From Nanobdellati archaeon (GTDB taxonomy: Archaea > EX4484-52 > GLR71), in assembly GCA_019429005.1 (NCBI GenBank), contig JAHYJR010000005.1, positions 1-64,000 of the forward strand: 64,000 nt of DNA, in the 5' to 3' direction. Of the stretch, positions 27,497 through 37,198 are shown one piece after another; the stretch's first letter is position 1, and each line of letters starts with the position of its first letter. The notes beneath the pieces are model-generated. The model was not told the DNA's origin, did no database searches, and saw only the letters and a program-made list of their open reading frames with translations. A program made the translations under genes and the position numbers.

Positions 27497-30028
27497 TTAA
27501 GAAGTATCTGTTTCTTCAATTTTAGTCTTTGTATTTTCAAGCTCAACTCCAAGAATTTGTGATGCACCTCTTTGCATTGACACGCCATATATCCTTTCAG
27601 ATCGTTTTACGAGTGTGTCGTTATGCGAAATTACAATGAATTGGTTATTATGTGAATATTCTTTTATAATTTCACCAACAAGTTCGGCATTTTTATCATC
27701 AAGTGCAGCATCAACCTCATCTAATATATAAAATGGTGCTGGTTTATATCTCTGTAATGCGAACATAAATGCGATAGAAGCCATTGTTTTTTCTCCACCA
27801 GATAATGAATCTATAGATAATATTTTTTTACCTGGTGGTTGTGCTTTGATTATAAGACCACTTTCAATATCATTAAGATCATAAAGTTCTAGTTCACCAA
27901 TACCATCTACAAGATCAGCATATATCTGATTGAATGCTTTTGATACTGTATCAAGTGTTTTTTTGAATACACGTTTTCTATTTTCTTCAATTTTTTCAAG
28001 CATCTCCATTATTGATATTTTCTCATCTTCAAGTTTTTCAACTTTTTTAATGGAATTTTCAAAATCCTCACTCATAATTTTATATTCTTCAATAGCTCGT
28101 TGATTTACAGGTCCAAGCTGTCGTATATCCCTTTGTATAGTTCTAAGTTCTTTCTCAAACTCTTCAGGTTCGCCCTTTTTCAAATCATCTCTATTTTTAT
28201 ATTTTTCATAAGGGATACTAAGATTTTCAATTTCAGCTTCAAGTCGTGCTTTACGTATTTTCTGATTTTGGATTTCTTGATTTAATACAAGCATTTTTTC
28301 ATAGACACCTTTTCTACCTTTTTTGATATTGTCTAATTTATTTTGAAGTTCTTCTAGTTTTTTTTCAAGTTTTTCAACATCTTTATTTTCATTTTTAGTT
28401 CCTTTATTTTTTTCTTCAAGGAATCTATTCAAGTCACCAATTTCATCTTTAATAACATTTATCTCCGCACTATATTTCTTTCGTTCACGTTCATATTTTT
28501 GTATATCTGTTACATCGGATATCTGTCTTTGCGATGTTCCAGTTTTTCTGAAAGCACCACCAACAATGGCACCACCCGCATCAAAAAGTTCACCATCAAG
28601 AGTTACAATCCGTAATCCTCTTACTTTTTTTGCTGCTTCAAGAGTCTCAGAAATTAATGTATCTTTAACGATATCACGGAATGCAGGTTCTACGTCTCGG
28701 TTAAATTCAATAAGATTTAAAGCATAATCAATTATGCCTGGCATTTTTACAGCAATTTCAGATTTTGCTGACATAGAATATCTGCGTAATCTATCAAGTG
28801 GGAGAAATCTAACACGTCCTAAATTATTGCTTTTCAGATATCTTACACATTCTAGAGCAACGTTTTCAGATTCAACAATAATATCATTAACGTGCCCACC
28901 GATTGCAACATCAATTGCCGTTTCATATAATCCATTACATGCGAATTGTGTTGATACTGCACCGATAACACCATGTATGTTTGCTGAAAGTATGGATTTT
29001 ACAGAATGATTTTTTATATCTTCACCACCCCTTTGTTTTATTATTGAGAATTTTTCAATAATGTCATCAAGTCTACCTATATCACGTCTATGTGATTCGA
29101 TTTGACCTTGTCGTTTAATTATTTTTTTTGTGATTTCTTCAATATCTTTTCTTGTTTGCGTATTTATTGATTTTTTATATATATCATCTCTTATATCTTG
29201 AATTTCTTGTTCTAGATCATCTATTCCTGTATCTGATAATCCTACATTATTAGAGATGCTTTTATATTCCTGACTTTTTATATCAAGATCTCTTGATACA
29301 TTTTCAAGTGTGCTTTCAACAGCTTTCAATTTTGAATGAGCTACGCATGCTAGAAGATATTCTTGTTTATTTTCAAATTCTATAAGTTTCTCAGCAGATT
29401 CTTTTTCTTTTTTTAGTTTATCGTGATATTCTTTTTTTTGTTCTAGAATTAGTTTTGATTCTTCAAGTTTAATTTCAGCTTTTGCAAGCTCATCAATAGC
29501 TTTGTCTTTTTTATAATTATATTGTTGTATTCCTGAAATTTCATCAATAATTTCACGTCTTTGTTTTGGAGTTTTTTGTATAGTCGCTACAATATCGCCC
29601 TGTTGTATTATATTATAACCGTCAGGATTGATATTTATTTTTCTTAAAAGTTCATCTACTTCTGTTTTTCCAACTAGTTTTCCGTTTATCCTATATGTTG
29701 ATATTCCTTTTCGATTTACTTTTCTTGTAAGATCAAAAGAATCAGAATCAATATCAATTTCACGCGCTTTATTTTCAAAAATTAATGATACATAACCCAT
29801 ATCAGAAGGCGTTCTACCTTGACCTCCATTAAATATTAGGTGATCCATTCGGCCAGCTCTTAATGCTTTGGATCTGCGTCCAAGAACAAAACTAATTGCA
29901 TCAGTGATATTGCTTTTCCCTGAACCATTAGGACCTATAATTGCGTTGAATCCTTTATAGAATGGTAAAACTGTTTTTTTCTGAAATGATTTGAAACCAT
30001 ATATTATCAGTTTTTCAACATTTGTCAA
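27497..30028 (-). CDS. smc: chromosome partition protein SMC (short-armed, 843 aa)
   Basis: GFKSF, Walker A GPNGSGKSN, Q-loop QQGD, hinge (GRVRFLPL, VTLDGE..GGAIVGG), LSGGEK, LDEVDAALD, ISH; TTG start with GGTGA RBS. Confidence 0.95.
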   Translation of the reverse strand: MTNVEKLIIYGFKSFQKKTVLPFYKGFNAIIGPNGSGKSNITDAISFVLGRRSKALRAGRMDHLIFNGGQGRTPSDMGYVSLIFENKAREIDIDSDSFDLTRKVNRKGISTYRINGKLVGKTEVDELLRKININPDGYNIIQQGDIVATIQKTPKQRREIIDEISGIQQYNYKKDKAIDELAKAEIKLEESKLILEQKKEYHDKLKKEKESAEKLIEFENKQEYLLACVAHSKLKAVESTLENVSRDLDIKSQEYKSISNNVGLSDTGIDDLEQEIQDIRDDIYKKSINTQTRKDIEEITKKIIKRQGQIESHRRDIGRLDDIIEKFSIIKQRGGEDIKNHSVKSILSANIHGVIGAVSTQFACNGLYETAIDVAIGGHVNDIIVESENVALECVRYLKSNNLGRVRFLPLDRLRRYSMSAKSEIAVKMPGIIDYALNLIEFNRDVEPAFRDIVKDTLISETLEAAKKVRGLRIVTLDGELFDAGGAIVGGAFRKTGTSQRQISDVTDIQKYERERKKYSAEINVIKDEIGDLNRFLEEKNKGTKNENKDVEKLEKKLEELQNKLDNIKKGRKGVYEKMLVLNQEIQNQKIRKARLEAEIENLSIPYEKYKNRDDLKKGEPEEFEKELRTIQRDIRQLGPVNQRAIEEYKIMSEDFENSIKKVEKLEDEKISIMEMLEKIEENRKRVFKKTLDTVSKAFNQIYADLVDGIGELELYDLNDIESGLIIKAQPPGKKILSIDSLSGGEKTMASIAFMFALQRYKPAPFYILDEVDAALDDKNAELVGEIIKEYSHNNQFIVISHNDTLVKRSERIYGVSMQRGASQILGVELENTKTKIEETDTS

Positions 30029-30152
30029 AACATCACCGCATGAATAAAATCTTATAATAATTATAATATCCCTATCATTATTAATTATAATTTATTCGTA
30101 TTCATTATAGTATTATATACTACTAAATATTTTAGATTCTATTTGATATAAT

Positions 30153-31565
30153 TTAATTAAGAAGTTTATTTATGTGTTGGTATTCCTTATCAATCTTGTT
30201 TTTCCATTTAGGAAACTCTTTTGGTGTTTTTGGATAGTTTTTGTATAATTTGGATATTTTTTTAATTTTTATTGCCATATTAAACAGTTTTAGAAATATT
30301 TTTGGTTTTTTTATAATTGCTATAATTATTTTTATTTTTAATTTAGAACTTATTGAAAATTGTCCTTTTATACTTAGATTTTTGAATATGTCATCATTCA
30401 GATAATTGTTTGATATGTATTCTAATTCTTCTTCGCTAGATGATTGATAAAATTGTTTTACAACATCAAGATTCGCTTGAAGTGTTCCATTATAATATTT
30501 TGTATCATCGCCTTTTTTTTGTGAATATTCATTGAATTTTATAAATTTGAGATTATATTCCCATAATCCTTCTTGTGAAAAATCATTTTTCTTAATTGCT
30601 TTATATGCAACATCTGCTGCAATATAACCTGCAAGTATTGATTGTCCAATACCGCCTCCTGTAATGGGATTTACTTGTGATGCTGTATCTCCAACAACCA
30701 TAAACCCATTTGATACCATTGAATCCAGTGGTCTTCTTAATGGTATGATACCACCACCTGAATCAATAATTTTTGAATTATCAAATATTTTGTTGTCTTT
30801 AATAAATGCTTCAAGAGCGTTATTTAAATTTGGTACTTTACCTTTTATTGGTACACCGATTCCAACATTAACTTTTGTTTTGCTATAGGGGAATATCCAA
30901 ATATAACCACTTTTTGCATATTTTTCAGAAAGTATCAGTTTTGCGTGTGTAAAATCAAGACCTTTTTTTAATGTTCTTATTTGTCTTAAAGATACTGCAA
31001 AATCACTTTTTTTAATCTTGTTTTCAAGGTATGTTCCTTTTATCTTTACTTTTTCTCTTAATGCCGATATAGCACCACTTGAATCTATCACAATTTTGCT
31101 ATATATTTTTGTTTCATTTCCCGAATCATTATCTTTTAGTATAACACCAATCAAAAAATCATTTTTAATTATGGGTGCTATTACTTTTTGATTATCTATA
31201 ATTGTTACACCAAGTTTTTTTGTATGTGCAAGAAAAAATTGTCCAAATGTGTGTCTATTAAGCATATAACCTTTTTCATAAGATAAATATGACTTTTTAT
31301 TTTTGGTATTTATCGTTTCAGTTTGATTAATAATACATTCAATTTTATCTTTTGGATATTTTAATCTCATTTTATTTTCTAGAAATTTTATATGTGCTTG
31401 ACCTATAAGATCTCCACACACTTTTTTACCAATTAATTCTTTTGGTTTTCGATCTATTAGACAGACTGTTAAACCTTTTTTACATGCCTCTATTGCGGCA
31501 GAACATCCACCACTTCCAGCACCTACAATTATAAGGTCATATGATGATTGTTTTATTTTATTCAT
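30153..31565 (-). CDS. geranylgeranyl reductase family FAD oxidoreductase
   Basis: VGAGSGG, KVCGD, GYIWIFP, NVGIG, VGDTASQVNPITGGGI. Confidence 0.88.
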   Translation of the reverse strand: MNKIKQSSYDLIIVGAGSGGCSAAIEACKKGLTVCLIDRKPKELIGKKVCGDLIGQAHIKFLENKMRLKYPKDKIECIINQTETINTKNKKSYLSYEKGYMLNRHTFGQFFLAHTKKLGVTIIDNQKVIAPIIKNDFLIGVILKDNDSGNETKIYSKIVIDSSGAISALREKVKIKGTYLENKIKKSDFAVSLRQIRTLKKGLDFTHAKLILSEKYAKSGYIWIFPYSKTKVNVGIGVPIKGKVPNLNNALEAFIKDNKIFDNSKIIDSGGGIIPLRRPLDSMVSNGFMVVGDTASQVNPITGGGIGQSILAGYIAADVAYKAIKKNDFSQEGLWEYNLKFIKFNEYSQKKGDDTKYYNGTLQANLDVVKQFYQSSSEEELEYISNNYLNDDIFKNLSIKGQFSISSKLKIKIIIAIIKKPKIFLKLFNMAIKIKKISKLYKNYPKTPKEFPKWKNKIDKEYQHINKLLN

Positions 31566-31642
31566 ACAATTAACCTTAAATAGCCTTTTTTTTGATAATA
31601 CTATATTTGTATCTTTTCAAATTTAAAGGTGTTGTGTACTTT

Positions 31643-32941
31643 TTATGGTGTAATTCTTTTTGTATCTCTTGGGAATAAACATGCTTCTCTTACATTTGAA
31701 ACTCCTGTAAGCATCATAGTTAAACGTTCAAGACCAATTGACCATCCTGCGTGATATGGTGCTCCATATCGAAATGTTTTAATATAATCTTTAAAATTTT
31801 CAGGATTCAGTCCTTTTTTATTTAAAGCATCTATTAGTACTTCAGGTTTATGTATTCTTTGTGCACCTGACAATAATTCAACTCCTTTGTATATTAAATC
31901 AAAAGATTTTGAGATTTTAGGATTTTTAGTATCAGGCATAGTATAGAATGCTCTGACTGCTGTAGGCCATCCTGTTATTATAAATGGTTGTTCCCATCCA
32001 ACAATTTCACAGATTTTTTTCTCACCTGCAGAGGATATATCGTCACCCCATGTCATTTTTTCACAATTTTTATTAAGAAGTTCTACTGTTTCATCATATG
32101 TTATTCTTTTCATTTTTTTCTTTGGCAATTCAAAATCATGTCCAAGTGTTTTAAGTTCTTCTTTACAGTTTTCTTTTATATCTGAGAATATGTTAAGTAT
32201 AACCTCATCTAGAATCTCAAGCACATCATTATCATCTGCAAATGCCATTTCAATATCCATCTGTCTTGATTCCGAAAGATGTTTTGTGGTGTGAGATACT
32301 TCAGCTCTCCATACAGGTGTGATCATGCAGACCTTTTCAAGTCCACCAACTACAGCCATCTGCTTGTATAATTGAGGGCTCTGTGCAAGGAACGCTTCTT
32401 TATCATAATAGGGTATCGGGAATAGTTCAGCACCGCCTTCAGATGTTGATGCGATTATGGATGGTGGCACAATCTCAGTAAATTCTTTATTATAAAGAGT
32501 GTCTCTGAACACTTTCATTATTCTGCTTTGTATCTTGAATATTGCTTGAACTTCAGCTCTTCTAAGGTCTATAAATCTGTTATCAAGTCTTGTATCTATA
32601 TCAGATTGTACTTTATTTGTAATCTCAAGTGGGAGTGGCGTTTCAGTTTCAGACACAATCTCAAGTTTTGTTGGTTTAAGTTCAAAACCTTTTGGTGCTC
32701 GGTTATTTTCAACAGCAACTCCATCAACTAAAATAACAGTCTCCTTAACAAGTTTTTTAATCGTTTTGATTAATTCCTCATCAGTCTCTCCTGTTTTAGC
32801 TGTTATTTGGATAATTCCATCTTTATCTCTTAAAAGAAGAAATATTAAATTTCCAAGATCTCTTTTATCGTGTACCCAACCACCAACTTTGACAGTGTCT
32901 CCTGCTTTCACTTCGCTGGAATATTTTTTGATGAATGTCAT
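31643..32941 (-). CDS. aspS: aspartate--tRNA ligase (archaeal type, possibly non-discriminating)
   Basis: GWVH..RDLG OB fold, LAQSPQLYKQ, WRAE, ELLSGAQRIH, GLERL, FPRD. Confidence 0.95.
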   Translation of the reverse strand: MTFIKKYSSEVKAGDTVKVGGWVHDKRDLGNLIFLLLRDKDGIIQITAKTGETDEELIKTIKKLVKETVILVDGVAVENNRAPKGFELKPTKLEIVSETETPLPLEITNKVQSDIDTRLDNRFIDLRRAEVQAIFKIQSRIMKVFRDTLYNKEFTEIVPPSIIASTSEGGAELFPIPYYDKEAFLAQSPQLYKQMAVVGGLEKVCMITPVWRAEVSHTTKHLSESRQMDIEMAFADDNDVLEILDEVILNIFSDIKENCKEELKTLGHDFELPKKKMKRITYDETVELLNKNCEKMTWGDDISSAGEKKICEIVGWEQPFIITGWPTAVRAFYTMPDTKNPKISKSFDLIYKGVELLSGAQRIHKPEVLIDALNKKGLNPENFKDYIKTFRYGAPYHAGWSIGLERLTMMLTGVSNVREACLFPRDTKRITP

Positions 32942-32980
32942 TTGAAATCACAATTTATTTTTTAATAAGTTCATTTTAAT

Positions 32981-33039
32981 TAATATTATTTTAATATTAT
33001 TATAATATTATTATAATATTATTATAATATTATTATAAT
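32981..33039. repeat. 11-bp AT-only tandem repeat (TAATATTATTA), about 4-5 copies, upstream of aspS
   Basis: Directly visible. Confidence 0.8.
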
Positions 33040-33106
33040 TATAAACAATTTGTTTATTTTTCAATTGTTTTGTTTTTAAACAAAAAATCTTAGTCGATTT
33101 TTCTTT

Positions 33107-33367
33107 TTAAATGTTTATGAGAATCGTCCACAAAGCAAACACAATTAGTATGTATGGTAAATATGCATTTGCAAACCACCACGATTTATTCTTTTTCTGA
33201 TATTTTTCATCCTTTTTGATATTTATTTGTTCAATTTTTTGTTTTGATATTATAAGAATTATAAAAACGAGTCCAATAACTTCAAGATTATTCAATTTAC
33301 TTGTCATAAGTCCTGTTAATATGCCAAGTGTACTATATATGTATGAAACAAGTGTCTCTTCATTCAT
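33107..33367 (-). CDS. small 3-TM membrane protein, EMC6-like
   Basis: 86 aa, three hydrophobic segments, C-terminal WWFANAYLPYI..LWTILIN resembles archaeal EMC6-like proteins. Confidence 0.6.
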   Translation of the reverse strand: MNEETLVSYIYSTLGILTGLMTSKLNNLEVIGLVFIILIISKQKIEQINIKKDEKYQKKNKSWWFANAYLPYILIVFALWTILINI

Positions 33368-33413
33368 AGATAAGATAAGATGTTTTAATCTTTATATCTT
33401 ATTTTATAAAATC

Positions 33414-34289
33414 TTAATTTTTAATTATTTTTATTTTATTTATTTTATCGGTGCTCATTTTAATATTTTGTATCCATCGTAAATCATCCATATGTGAATT
33501 ATGTACTATCGAGATTATTGGTTTTTTTGTTTTCTTGTTTACAACCGCATTTTTTATTACATGCACCATATCAGTTTCAGAGTCTATTGTTTCAATATGA
33601 TGTGTTCTTGCACATTCTGTTTGGAATATTTCCTCTGCGTGATATTTGTCTAAACCAAATTCTTTAAGTGTGGCACCTGTTTGATTGACAGCATGATATA
33701 TTCTGTCTGTTCCAATCTGATTTAAATCTTTTGTCCAAAAATCGACATATTCTTTAAATTCTAGTTTCAAGTACTCTTCTTCTATTTGTTCTGTTAATTC
33801 TTTCAATTCATTGATTACAAGGAAATTTAATTGATATATAGGTGTTTCTAAAAGTTATTTAGTTTTTTTTGGAATTATTCCCATTTTTATATCTCCTATA
33901 GCAAGATAATGTGCTTTTTTTTGATCTGAGAATGTACTGTATGTTTCTGCAGCTTCTTTAACATACTGTACAATTTTGTTATTTAGATTCTTTATTATAT
34001 TTTGATTAATTCCTAAATCGTTGGGATATATGTACATTCTTTCAAGAAAATCACCTATTGTTGTATGTTTATAATCGTTAACAAGTTCTTGAATATCTGA
34101 ATCTTTAGTTTCGATATTTTCAAGTAATTCATTTATAATAGTCAAATCGTTGTTATGTATTCTTATTATGTTTCTAACTTTAAGCTCTTATGCTTGCGAG
34201 TTTTCTATTAATACAACTTAAGGATTGTATTTTTGTATAATTTTTGCTTGTTTTATTCTGTTTTCTTCATCTTTATAATTTATTCCCAT
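33414..34289 (-). pseudogene. single ~290-codon frame interrupted by three in-frame TAA stops (possibly TraB/ChaN/EreA-like fold)
   Basis: ATG 34289 is in frame with ORFs 33855..34145 and 33414..33806; stops at NP*VVLIE, SQA*ELK and KTK*LLE. Confidence 0.7.
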
Positions 34290-34522
34290 TTATAACATCT
34301 GTTTTACCTAACAAAAACATATTTATCACAGGTAGATAGTATCAATAAATCGTTATAAATATTTATATCTCTTTTTTAATATACAAATCATACATAAACA
34401 GACATAAATTTAGAATATTTTATTTTATATTAAATATATATATATAGATAATAACCGAAAACATTTTAAATCACAAACAGCAATTGTTTATATCTAGATT
34501 TATGTTTCTTGAGATGTTAAAT

Positions 34523-35377
34523 ATGGAAAATATAACTCTTCCTTTATTGGATTTACCTAAAGATGATCTCTCTAAAGTTAGTGTTGATAATTTTAATAAT
34601 AATGAAAATCTAATAGAAAATGAGTTTGATGTATCTGAAAATAAAGAAATAACAAAAAATAAAGATATATTAGAATTGATAATGGTTGGTAGTTGGGAAA
34701 GTGTTCTTCTTGAGCTTTCAGACGACATGAATCCGTGGGATATAGATATAGTTGTTTTAAGCAAAAGATTTATGGAATTCATAAAAAAAACAAATAAATA
34801 TGAACTTGATGTGCCTGTTAAAATATTTCTTGCAGCTGCAGTGCTTTATAGGATGAAAGTTGATGCTCTAAAGATTGTTGAAGACGAAGACGTTTTTGAT
34901 TCTTTTGATGATAGTATGATTGAAGAAATTTATTTACCTGAAGATGAAACTGTGTCGTCTACAATGATTAATCTTCCCGGGAATATTATGATACCACCTT
35001 TAATAGTACCAATTAAACGTTATCCTAAACGTAATATAAGTATTGATGAATTGATAAATGCTCTTGATAAAGCTATGACTATAAAAAATAGGAGAGAAGT
35101 TAAGACTATTTTTAATGTTGATTTGAATTCAGAAGATATGTCTGAAACTATTGAAAATATTTTTAATTTAATACTCGAACGAATTGATATTGATAATACA
35201 ACAACATTCTCTTCATTTCTGGATGGTGGCAATGTTGATCATTTAATAAAAACGTTTTCATCAATATTACATCTTTCAAATGAAGAGAGAATTTCATGTT
35301 TACAAAAAGATTTTTTTGGCGAGATATATATCTCTGTTGAAGATTCTAAATTATTGGATGGTAAGCAAAATGCCTAA
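34523..35377 (+). CDS. scpA: segregation and condensation protein A (kleisin)
   Basis: MNPWDIDI, AAVLYRMKVD, ELINAL, FSSILHL..Q..FFGEIYI. Confidence 0.92.
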   Translation: MENITLPLLDLPKDDLSKVSVDNFNNNENLIENEFDVSENKEITKNKDILELIMVGSWESVLLELSDDMNPWDIDIVVLSKRFMEFIKKTNKYELDVPVKIFLAAAVLYRMKVDALKIVEDEDVFDSFDDSMIEEIYLPEDETVSSTMINLPGNIMIPPLIVPIKRYPKRNISIDELINALDKAMTIKNRREVKTIFNVDLNSEDMSETIENIFNLILERIDIDNTTTFSSFLDGGNVDHLIKTFSSILHLSNEERISCLQKDFFGEIYISVEDSKLLDGKQNA

Positions 35378-36041
35378 TGTTGAAAATATGATTGAAGCTG
35401 TACTTTTTATCTCAGCAAGACCTATGACTTTATCTGAGATTGCTAAAGTTACAGGTATAATGCCTAAATCTAAAATTAAAACAATACTTGATAATATGAA
35501 GGTTGGATATGGCAATCATGGTATTTATATTGCTGAGCAGGACGGTCTTTTCGAATTAAAAGTCAAAAAAGAACATATGAATGTGGTTTCATCACTTGCT
35601 CCTGATCAGGATTTTTCTAGAGCAATATTACAAACATTATCTATTATAGCATATAAGAATCCTATAAAACAAAGTGAAATAATTGATATTAGGGGTAATA
35701 GAGCATATGATCATCTTTTAGAGTTGGAATCACGTGGTTTTGTTGTTCGTGTACCTTCAGGCCATACAAATCTTGTTAAGATAACAGGTAAATTTTTGGA
35801 TTATTTTGGTCTTACTGATAAAGATGAACTTGCAAAACATTTCAAGTCGTCTGAAGTACTAAATAATACTGAAATTCCAATTGAAAATGTTCTTAAGACA
35901 AATAAAAACATAAAGGTCGAATATGATTCTGATGTTGAGAAAAAGAATTTTCATGATAAATTGAAAGAAGATGTTGAAAAAAGGAAAAAAGAACTGTATA
36001 ATAAAAAGGACAAAACGCATGACTCTGAGGCAAATATTTAA
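35370..36041 (+). CDS. scpB: segregation and condensation protein B
   Basis: IEAVLFIS, TLSIIAYKNPI..SEI..IRG, T.KFLDYFGL. Confidence 0.94.
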   Translation: MPNVENMIEAVLFISARPMTLSEIAKVTGIMPKSKIKTILDNMKVGYGNHGIYIAEQDGLFELKVKKEHMNVVSSLAPDQDFSRAILQTLSIIAYKNPIKQSEIIDIRGNRAYDHLLELESRGFVVRVPSGHTNLVKITGKFLDYFGLTDKDELAKHFKSSEVLNNTEIPIENVLKTNKNIKVEYDSDVEKKNFHDKLKEDVEKRKKELYNKKDKTHDSEANI

Positions 36042-36244
36042 TATAATGCATTTAAACGTTCTTTAGTGGTTGTATTAAACAACTTTTGGTTCTAAGCTAT
36101 ATTCTAATGTCCTTTTAGCGGTCAATAGGTAAAATCGTGTACTGTTAAGTACTTTTTATTGAAACCGGCCTGTTTCTATCAAAAACTTTATATAGATTTT
36201 GAACGTTAATTTTATAATCCTTTTTTTTGGATAGGTGAGAAAAT

Positions 36245-36862
36245 ATGAGTGATAATGAAATCGAGGAAATTGAAGAATTAGAAATAGAAGAATTAGAAGG
36301 TTCTACAGATTTAGAAACTAACAATGATGATTGTTGTGATGATGATTGTTGTGATTCTGATGACAAAGAGTGCGATTCTGAAGATTGTGATTGTTGTGGT
36401 AACTCAGATGATGCTGACGATTCCGAAGATATAGATGATGTTGACGACGACGATTCCGACGATGATGCTGATGGCGATTCTGACGACGACGATGATGTTG
36501 ACGACGACGATTCTGACGATGATGCTGATGGCGATTCTGACGAAGACGATGATGTTGACGACGACGATTCTGACGATGATGCTGATGGCGATTCTGACGA
36601 CGACGATGATGTTGACGACGACGATTCCGACGATGATGCTGATGGCGATTCTGACGACGATGATGTTGACGACGATGATGTTGACGACGACGATTCCGAC
36701 GATGATGCTGATGGCGACTCTGACGAAGACGATGATGTTGACGACGACGATTCCGACGATGATGCTGATGGCGACTCTGACGACGACGATGATGTTGACG
36801 ACGACGACGATTCTGACGACGACGATTCTGACGACGACGATTCTGACGACGACGAAAATTAA
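36245..36862 (+). CDS. extremely Asp-rich repeat protein with N-proximal Cys cluster
   Basis: TTTATATA box at ~36187, GGTGA RBS, hairpin terminator; variation is mostly synonymous GAT/GAC in this frame. Confidence 0.85.
   Translation: MSDNEIEEIEELEIEELEGSTDLETNNDDCCDDDCCDSDDKECDSEDCDCCGNSDDADDSEDIDDVDDDDSDDDADGDSDDDDDVDDDDSDDDADGDSDEDDDVDDDDSDDDADGDSDDDDDVDDDDSDDDADGDSDDDDVDDDDVDDDDSDDDADGDSDEDDDVDDDDSDDDADGDSDDDDDVDDDDDSDDDDSDDDDSDDDEN
36434..36855 (+). repeat. 57-bp (19-aa) tandem repeat, about 6 copies, plus 15-bp subrepeats
   Basis: Unit VDDDDSDDDADGDSD(D/E)DDD. Confidence 0.92.
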
Positions 36863-36877
36863 TTTAATATTATGAAA

Positions 36878-36914
36878 ACCTCTCATTTAACATGAGGGGT
36901 CCTTTTTTATTTTT
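36878..36914 (+). terminator. hairpin + T tract
   Basis: ACCTCTCAT-TTAAC-ATGAGGGGT then CCTTTTTTATTTTT. Confidence 0.65.
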
Positions 36915-36967
36915 GAAAAACTTTATAAAATTAGAGATATATAAAAAAGATACTTGTTGTGTTCTAT

Positions 36968-37147
36968 ATGCAGACTGTATTTACTCATTTAAGTCAAAAG
37001 GAAACTGTCAGTGTGAAAAAAAGTAATAGTGCTCGAAATGATTTTGTAATATCATTTGGTCCGCATTCTAAAGTTTTTGTGACTGCTGAACATATAATTT
37101 TACTTAAAAAAGAAATTGCAAAATATGATTCTGAAAAAGAAATTTAG
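36968..37147 (+). CDS. small hypothetical protein
   Basis: 59-aa ORF downstream of AAAAACTTTATAAA TATA-like box. Confidence 0.5.
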   Translation: MQTVFTHLSQKETVSVKKSNSARNDFVISFGPHSKVFVTAEHIILLKKEIAKYDSEKEI

Positions 37148-37198
37148 TTTTAATCCGTTTAAATATAAATATTTAATATTACTCTTTCAAATTAATTT

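Noticed and set aside
33414-34289. Genome-wide reassignment of TAA
   Set aside because: TAA terminates most conserved genes in the window at their expected ends.
36404-36886. Alternative ORFs 36404..36886 (-, poly-I/V) and 36435..36875 (+, poly-M/T)
   Set aside because: Shadow frames of the GAY repeat; RBS, promoter and synonymous variation favour the Asp frame.
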